DNA from: a virus
DNA length: 64,000 bases
Direction: 5' to 3' (one strand)
IMG/VR virus record: IMGVR_UViG_3300044970_000539
Location: 41,136-105,135 of that record
The notes below the pieces were generated by a model, which saw only the letters and a program-made list of their open reading frames with translations, did no database searches and was not told the DNA's origin. Position 1 is the stretch's first letter. Each line of letters starts with the position of its first letter. Positions 58,801-64,000 of this stretch are shown here, piece after piece. The translations under genes were made by a program, and so were the position numbers.

Positions 58801-59513
58801 GAGACTTTGACTCAAACTTTGATCGTGGAATTTCAATGCCAATTAATCAGTCTCTTGCAGAAAATTATAGAGTAAGTGCTATGCAGTCTTGGATAAGATA
58901 TGATCAAGAATCATTTCCAGGAACACCAATTCCTTTGTTTGAGATAAGACATAAAGCAGATACAATTACTTTCTTTATTGTGGCAAATGACGAAACTGGT
59001 CAACGTGGTAAGATTTATGCTAAGAATAAGTCAGACAACTCTGATTTCCAAGGAATATCATATTATATTAATGGAATTCTTGTAAGAGATCCAGTCCTAA
59101 CCATCAAAGAGTGGTCAGCAGTAGGAGTTAACTTTGGAGAAGCGGTAAACTTTGACTTATTTATAGGATCAATTAACTTAAATAGTCCAGCATTGTTTAA
59201 TAATGTTGCGTATTACCAAGCAAATAACCTTCAGCAGTTACAGTCTAAGATTAATAGGCCATGGCTTAAGGTTAAGCAGGATGGGCTAACAGAAAGAGAT
59301 TGGTCATATTGGCTAAATAACTTTACTTGGGATGGCGTTCTTGTTATCTCTGCTTCAGCATTATATGGAGTAAACGCTCAAGATGTGTATAAGACCTATA
59401 TTGGAACTAATAAGATTATCATTGATGATCAAGAAGGTATGATTTTTGATGCAGATAAGATGAAAATATACAATGACACTACATGGTCAATATCTGTAGC
59501 CTCACCAGTGTAA
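55869..59513 (+). CDS. Large virion structural protein (LamG/concanavalin-like domains)
   Basis: 1214 aa; HP.ALWALDD, YTLEFW; position next to the head module. Confidence 0.65.
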   Translation: MSSPSNLYAEKVFSEHPMALWALDDKLDYVSLISEAQRNILTLWEATRCSFSAGTGITGEPFPDSYTTKVSSSIPVGATNEAILKSPELTNFQDLDLSLGTFCVGTHFYSASVYLESVSIGYEYTDTTTSQVIQKLKTFNTSISNQWLFISETFEIPNESTNFRVVLKVVTATGGDNINDYEFYFNGISVGQWSEEFNVVSLGVSPEVFPVDIELTTTSKVIPAPAYGISSDTGYYLVNNNSLSAKNTGVPLVFGASNVTKLSPNIGGDPSFIFPGKGFLHENGRHSDYTLEFWARINSDSYEAKRIFGPIGSEDGLYVEGGFLTLLIGGKFSSHFVGEWFRPMLIHIRLITDNATVLINGEQVISLDFVTSSIPLPSITGEDWLGFYAYADVNPVEIDCVAIYSYQVANVVAKRRYVYGQGVGSSESIDSAYSGTSAFLDYSFADYTANYNYPDFAQWQQGTFDNLSTTSTALTTPQYSLPTIFTGTKTLQELYDDSDTLYQNLASGELGTDAHFISLNPDSTWNNDGAYINFANFNILNSQVASLYGVFQVNNQGSGTDEAEEVLFKIYNQSTGNYFSINVDGLEIVYSLYYSGVSQEIYRTDEFEVEELFAAGINIQTLVNTFGGNVATFFGNQNSLSLYVGGDNSGSKTFKGYIFSIGFSTSLNANSISSHFDENGIAIIDTYTGSGIESSENAIALLAHTASYTLLPTYSYGSLFLDIGVSGYWEDYMPLSYFAQYVQNDVGNSFYDLDFLQFNLGYPSPSSLLQSETTGSWTYEELSNSYSLPTQRTYQQLDNSLLTGWNNYQDLKEKALKYYEYNTENAAIRSYVTFQYVADGANLSQDNFTTTLSAKENSIVDVSEYSSWATTKFEVVDNTIIYPRKDIDFNEIAIVYHLEFNVRGILTKPILLRKLEIASQAFNDNSFNPVGTRFGTDLFPYKRSGLYYDYKSKNPFSIYKGSTPYLYMNRTSGIQVRGDFDSNFDRGISMPINQSLAENYRVSAMQSWIRYDQESFPGTPIPLFEIRHKADTITFFIVANDETGQRGKIYAKNKSDNSDFQGISYYINGILVRDPVLTIKEWSAVGVNFGEAVNFDLFIGSINLNSPALFNNVAYYQANNLQQLQSKINRPWLKVKQDGLTERDWSYWLNNFTWDGVLVISASALYGVNAQDVYKTYIGTNKIIIDDQEGMIFDADKMKIYNDTTWSISVASPV

Positions 59514-59525
59514 TCTGGTATACTT

Positions 59526-59930
59526 ATGGTTATGGATTCTTTATTTAGCCCAAAAACTGGCAAACCAATTGTTGAAAATGTACGACGTAAGGTCATTGAT
59601 AAGCATTATGACTGGGGTCTATATGTATATAAGAAATCAAACGGAAAATGGTTTACTGACGGAACTGGTTCTGTATTAAACATTCCCTCTCAAAAAGGTG
59701 ACATATCAAAGATTGCAGAACTTAAGAGGGCTGCAATATTTAATGGTGACGATGGAGAAGGAACAGCCCACTTTGTTGCGGGACTAACAAGAGTATCTGA
59801 AGAAGAGTATTCAGAACAAAAAGATAGAATGAGACAAGGTTTAATTCCAAATGTTAATGACTTAGGCGCTATTGCTGATGCACAGAAAACATTAAAAACA
59901 CATGGAAGGGATGCATACGAAAATGAGTGA
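59526..59930 (+). CDS. Hypothetical protein
   Basis: ORF upstream of portal. Confidence 0.75.
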   Translation: MVMDSLFSPKTGKPIVENVRRKVIDKHYDWGLYVYKKSNGKWFTDGTGSVLNIPSQKGDISKIAELKRAAIFNGDDGEGTAHFVAGLTRVSEEEYSEQKDRMRQGLIPNVNDLGAIADAQKTLKTHGRDAYENE

Positions 59931-61530
59931 TGATGATGATAACTTCCAGTATGTTAGAGCAAGTTTAAATACTCAAGAGCAAGAAGAAAATAAGTTTAAT
60001 TTAAGTGACCCATTTAATAAAAACTGGGAAGAGTTACAAAAATACTCTGGCCTAGATCAAAACTTCCGTCGTCGTGTAGCAAGACAAGTAAGCAAAGCAA
60101 TAACACCAAATGAGGCATATTTAGATTCTGCAAATGCAGTTCCATCTGGAGTAGATGCTGGATCAAAGGCTCTTAATCCTGGAACGGTATATAGAAATGG
60201 ATACGGTCTATTTGACGTAATCACACCACCATATAACATGTATGAACTTGCAAACTTCTACGATACCTCTTTTGCTAACCATGCAGCAATTGATGCAAAG
60301 GTAGAAAATATTGTAGGCCTTGGATATCGTTTTGATATTGCAGATAGAACTGCACTTAGACTAGAAATGTCAGAAGATGCGTTAGCAACCGACAGGGCAA
60401 GAAACAGAATTGAAAGAGCAAAAATTGAATTGCGTGACTGGCTAGAAAACCTTAACGATGATGATAGTTTTACAAAAATTATGGAAAAGGTTTATACAGA
60501 TGTTGAGGCAACTGGCAATGGGTTCATTGAAGTTGGTAGAACAATAAAAGGTGAGATTGGTTACATTGGCCATATTCCAGCAACCACTGTTCGTGTTCGT
60601 AGACTTAATGATGGTTTCCTTCAGATTATTGGTCAGGCAGTTGTTTACTTTAGAAACTTTGGGGCTAACAATCCAAACCCAGTAACAGCGGATAGTCGTG
60701 CAAATGAAATTATTCATATTAAGTCTTATTCTCCACTAAACACCTACTATGGTATTCCAGATATTGTTTCTGCAATGCCATCTCTAATCGGAGATCAACT
60801 AGCCTCAAGATATAACATTGACTACTTTGAAAACAAGGCAGTACCACGATACATTATTACTCTAAAGGGTGCAAAACTATCTGGCGATGCTGAAGATAAA
60901 ATGTTTAGATTCCTTCAGACTGGACTAAAGTCTCAGTCCCACAGAACTCTTTATATCCCACTTCCTGGAGATACAGATGGGAATAAAGTTGAGTTTAACA
61001 TGCAGCCTATTGAAAACGGTATTCAAGATGGATCATTTAAAGAGTATCGTAAACAAAATCGTGATGACATTCTAATTGCTCATCAAGTACCTATCTCAAA
61101 ACTAGGTGGATCAGAGTCTGGTCTTGCAGCAGCACTTTCTCAGGATAGAACATTTAAAGAGCAGGTTGCACGTCCTGCACAGCATCATCTTGAAAAGGTT
61201 GTTAATAAGATCATTAAGGAAAAGACAGATGTTCTTGAACTTAAGTTTAATGAACTAACCCTTACTGATGAGATCGCACAGTCTCAGATTATTGAAAGAT
61301 ACGTTAAGACTCAGGTTATGACTCCAAATGAGGCTCGTACAGCACTTGATTTGCCACAGAGAAAAGATGGAGATGTTCCATTTACAATGACTCCAAGACA
61401 AGCAACAGATGCTAGAGCAAACCTTGCTGGCAACCGTGAACGAGATTCACAAAGAACAAATAGTCAATCAGATGGGGCAGCAACCCTTGATGGACGTAAT
61501 CCACAAGGAGAGGGTAGAGCGTCTCAATAA
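59923..61530 (+). CDS. Portal protein
   Basis: TGNGFIEV, IIHIK.YSP...YYGIPD, YFENKAVP, AHQVP, MTPNEAR..L.LP. Confidence 0.92.
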   Translation: MSDDDDNFQYVRASLNTQEQEENKFNLSDPFNKNWEELQKYSGLDQNFRRRVARQVSKAITPNEAYLDSANAVPSGVDAGSKALNPGTVYRNGYGLFDVITPPYNMYELANFYDTSFANHAAIDAKVENIVGLGYRFDIADRTALRLEMSEDALATDRARNRIERAKIELRDWLENLNDDDSFTKIMEKVYTDVEATGNGFIEVGRTIKGEIGYIGHIPATTVRVRRLNDGFLQIIGQAVVYFRNFGANNPNPVTADSRANEIIHIKSYSPLNTYYGIPDIVSAMPSLIGDQLASRYNIDYFENKAVPRYIITLKGAKLSGDAEDKMFRFLQTGLKSQSHRTLYIPLPGDTDGNKVEFNMQPIENGIQDGSFKEYRKQNRDDILIAHQVPISKLGGSESGLAAALSQDRTFKEQVARPAQHHLEKVVNKIIKEKTDVLELKFNELTLTDEIAQSQIIERYVKTQVMTPNEARTALDLPQRKDGDVPFTMTPRQATDARANLAGNRERDSQRTNSQSDGAATLDGRNPQGEGRASQ

Positions 61531-61571
61531 TTGAGAAATCTCTTAAAACATTTGGTATAATGGATAACGAT

Positions 61572-62870
61572 ATGTTAATCAATAAAGCACACTGGACAAC
61601 AGACAAGGATAGCGTCCGTCTGTCAATGCCTATTGGCAAGGTGGATATAGAACGCAGAATGGTTTCTGGATTTGCAACTCTTGACAATATTGATAAGCAA
61701 GATGATATTGTTACAACTGAGGCAAGTCTTTTGGCATTTAAAAATTTCCGTGGGAATCTAAGAGAAATGCACCAACCATCAGCGGTAGGAAAGATTGTCT
61801 CATTTAAAGAAGATAAGTATTTTGACCCTAATTCAAAGAAGTTTTATAGCGGAGTCTACGTATCTGCATACGTATCAAAGGGTGCACAAGATGCCTGGGA
61901 AAAAGTCCTAGATGGCACATATAGTGGTTTTTCTATTGGTGGAAACATTAAGTCTTGGGATGATGCATACAATGCAGAAATGGACAAGGCAATCCGTATT
62001 ATTAAGGACTACGACCTTTATGAACTATCTCTTGTAGATAGCCCAGCAAACCAGTTTGCAAGCATTATTTCTGTTGAAAAGGTCAATGGCCAGAATGTTA
62101 TTTCTGGAGCATCAGTAGATGCAGTAATTGAAAATGTTTTTTACGATTCTGAAAACGGTATCGTATTAGTATCTGACTCAGAAACAGCAGAAAGCCCAGT
62201 AAGTGGTAAGAACATGGAAAACATTGGTTTCGTAGAAAAAAGTGATAACGAAAAAGCAAACATGATAAAGTTCTTAGTTGATAGTGCTAAAGGCATTAGT
62301 ACAATTAAGATTACAAAGGAGGTAAGTCAAATGACAGAAACAACAGAAACAGCAGTAGATGCTGTAGTTGAGAATGTTGAGATTACTCCAGAGGCACAGC
62401 CAGCAGAAGTAGAAACTCCTGCAATCGCTGACGAAACACCAGCAGATACTGTTGTTGAAAAGTCAGATGATGGTGGTGCAGTTCCTTCTGCTCCAGTAGT
62501 AGAAGAAGAGAGCGTTGCTCCAGCAGTTGAAGCCGAACTTGCTGTAGCAAAGTCAGATGAATCAATTGTAGATGCAGTTGCTGAAATCAAGAACTCTCTT
62601 ACTAATGCCTTTGGCGATCTCGCTGCAACCATTAAGTCTCTTAATGAGCAGGTTGAAGCACTTAGCAAGTCCGTTGACACTGTGTCTACAGAAGTAACAC
62701 AAGTCAAGGGTCAGTTCAATGAGTTTGGAAAGAGAGTAGATGCCGTAGAGCAAGATACCGCTTTCCGCAAGTCTGGCGATCTAGGCGAGATCGTGCAGTT
62801 TGAGCCTGTAAAGGTTCAGAAATCCCTATGGGGCGGACGTTTCCTCAAAAATTCCGACCTATTTAATTAA
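61572..62870 (+). CDS. Prohead protease (XkdF/HK97-like) fused to acidic scaffold
   Basis: REMH, GFSIGG, ELSLVD.PAN; acidic coiled-coil C-terminal half. Confidence 0.88.
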   Translation: MLINKAHWTTDKDSVRLSMPIGKVDIERRMVSGFATLDNIDKQDDIVTTEASLLAFKNFRGNLREMHQPSAVGKIVSFKEDKYFDPNSKKFYSGVYVSAYVSKGAQDAWEKVLDGTYSGFSIGGNIKSWDDAYNAEMDKAIRIIKDYDLYELSLVDSPANQFASIISVEKVNGQNVISGASVDAVIENVFYDSENGIVLVSDSETAESPVSGKNMENIGFVEKSDNEKANMIKFLVDSAKGISTIKITKEVSQMTETTETAVDAVVENVEITPEAQPAEVETPAIADETPADTVVEKSDDGGAVPSAPVVEEESVAPAVEAELAVAKSDESIVDAVAEIKNSLTNAFGDLAATIKSLNEQVEALSKSVDTVSTEVTQVKGQFNEFGKRVDAVEQDTAFRKSGDLGEIVQFEPVKVQKSLWGGRFLKNSDLFN

Positions 62871-62896
62871 CAATATATTCACTAGGAGGTGAAATA

Positions 62897-64000
62897 ATGT
62901 CAGAACAAGATAAAGATATAGCCAAGAACTATCCAGGTTCAGGTGGCTCAGGAGCAGAAATTAACTCCCAGGGATCACTCGTATCAGGTGGTGTTGGTGG
63001 TGCTACAGGTCTAGACTCAGCAGCAGCGTCTGTTGGATCACAACTTGGTAACACAGCAACAGCAAACTTCGGTGTAACATCTGGAGCAAACGCTGTTAAC
63101 CCAACTGGAACTGCAGGTGGTATTCTTGCACCAGAACAGGCTCGTCGCTTCATCGACTACGTGTGGGATGCAACAGTACTCGCCAAGGATGGTCGTAAAG
63201 TTACAATGAGAGCAAACACAATGGAAATCGAAAAGGTTAACGTTGGAGAGCGTGTCATTCGTGCAGCAGCACAGGGTAGCCCAAACTACACTAATGCTGG
63301 AGCAACATTTACAAAGGTAGAACTTACTACAAAGAAGATTCGTCTTGATTGGGAAGTTTCTACAGAATCACTAGAAGACAATATTGAAGGTGGAGCACTT
63401 GAAGATCATCTAGTTCGCTTGATGACAAATGCATTCGCAAACGATATTGAAGATCTTGCTATCAATGGTGATGGCGCAACAGGTGATTTCCTTTCAATCA
63501 TGAATGGTTTCGTAAACCAGACTCGCAATAGCGCAGTTGTTGGAAATACCGATGCACATGAGGCAGTTGTTGCTGTCACTAATGATGCTTGGACTCCAGC
63601 AGTTATGCAGGAGATCGTATTGGCAATGCCACGTAAGTATCGTGCAGTTAAGTCGAACCTAAAGTTCTACGCTGGTACAGATGCTTTCCAGGGTATTGTT
63701 TCAAACAACGGTACACTTGCAGATGCAATTGCATCAGCATTCTCAACATCAGCAGGTCTCAATGGTACAGATGCACGTCGTGAGACATACCTAGAGGGAA
63801 ATGCACAGACAATTGGTGGAGCACGTACAACTCGTGTTCTAGGAATTGATGTAATGGAAGTTCCTTACTACCCAGATGGTTTCGTCGACTTGACATTCCC
63901 ATCAAACCGTGTATGGGGATTCCAGCGTGATATTACTGTAAACCGTGAATACAAGCCAAAGAAGGATACAATTGAATACACAGTATTCGTCCGCTTTGGT
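62897..64000 (+). CDS. Major capsid protein (truncated by window end)
   Basis: GGAGG RBS; GGILAPEQARRFID, LEDNIEG, FANDIEDLAINGD; follows protease. Confidence 0.9.
   Translation, partial: MSEQDKDIAKNYPGSGGSGAEINSQGSLVSGGVGGATGLDSAAASVGSQLGNTATANFGVTSGANAVNPTGTAGGILAPEQARRFIDYVWDATVLAKDGRKVTMRANTMEIEKVNVGERVIRAAAQGSPNYTNAGATFTKVELTTKKIRLDWEVSTESLEDNIEGGALEDHLVRLMTNAFANDIEDLAINGDGATGDFLSIMNGFVNQTRNSAVVGNTDAHEAVVAVTNDAWTPAVMQEIVLAMPRKYRAVKSNLKFYAGTDAFQGIVSNNGTLADAIASAFSTSAGLNGTDARRETYLEGNAQTIGGARTTRVLGIDVMEVPYYPDGFVDLTFPSNRVWGFQRDITVNREYKPKKDTIEYTVFVRFG

Noticed and set aside
1-64000. Stop-codon reassignment, introns or inteins
   Set aside because: Genes are intact in the standard code using TAA, TAG and TGA; NrdJ, portal and capsid show no insertions

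Overview
64 kb of a large, AT-rich (roughly 35% GC by eye) tailed dsDNA phage. The host is most likely a low-GC actinobacterium, possibly freshwater Nanopelagicales/acI. This is inferred from WhiB, pervasive leaderless genes and actinobacterial-type promoter motifs. Layout: (1) 1-21.5 kb auxiliary, lysis and host-modification genes (Ntn-hydrolase, subtilase, Hsp20, CHAP endolysin, thermonuclease, thioredoxin, WhiB, a glycosylation cluster, HNH and GIY-YIG nucleases) plus 7 tRNAs. (2) 21.6-33.7 kb 'early' region of small, mostly minus-strand genes and an eighth tRNA, built from repeated regulatory modules. (3) 33.7-53.6 kb tail and fibre genes, including three paralogous variable Cys-rich cassettes. 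(4) Class II RNR, a large virion protein, portal, prohead protease/scaffold and the major capsid gene (truncated by the window end). The most striking unexplained signals are: six copies of a ~28-nt H-type RNA pseudoknot with compensatory covariation in both stems, mostly right after stop codons; nine promoters of the form TGTCAG-N10-TANNNT, which match the actinobacterial PafBC/RecA-NDp DNA-damage promoter; a cassette-like array of these promoters with CRP-, DnaA- and WhiA-like sites; and apparent genome-wide AGCT avoidance that has even rewritten tRNA D-stems. All calls come from reading the sequence by eye; no database searches were run.
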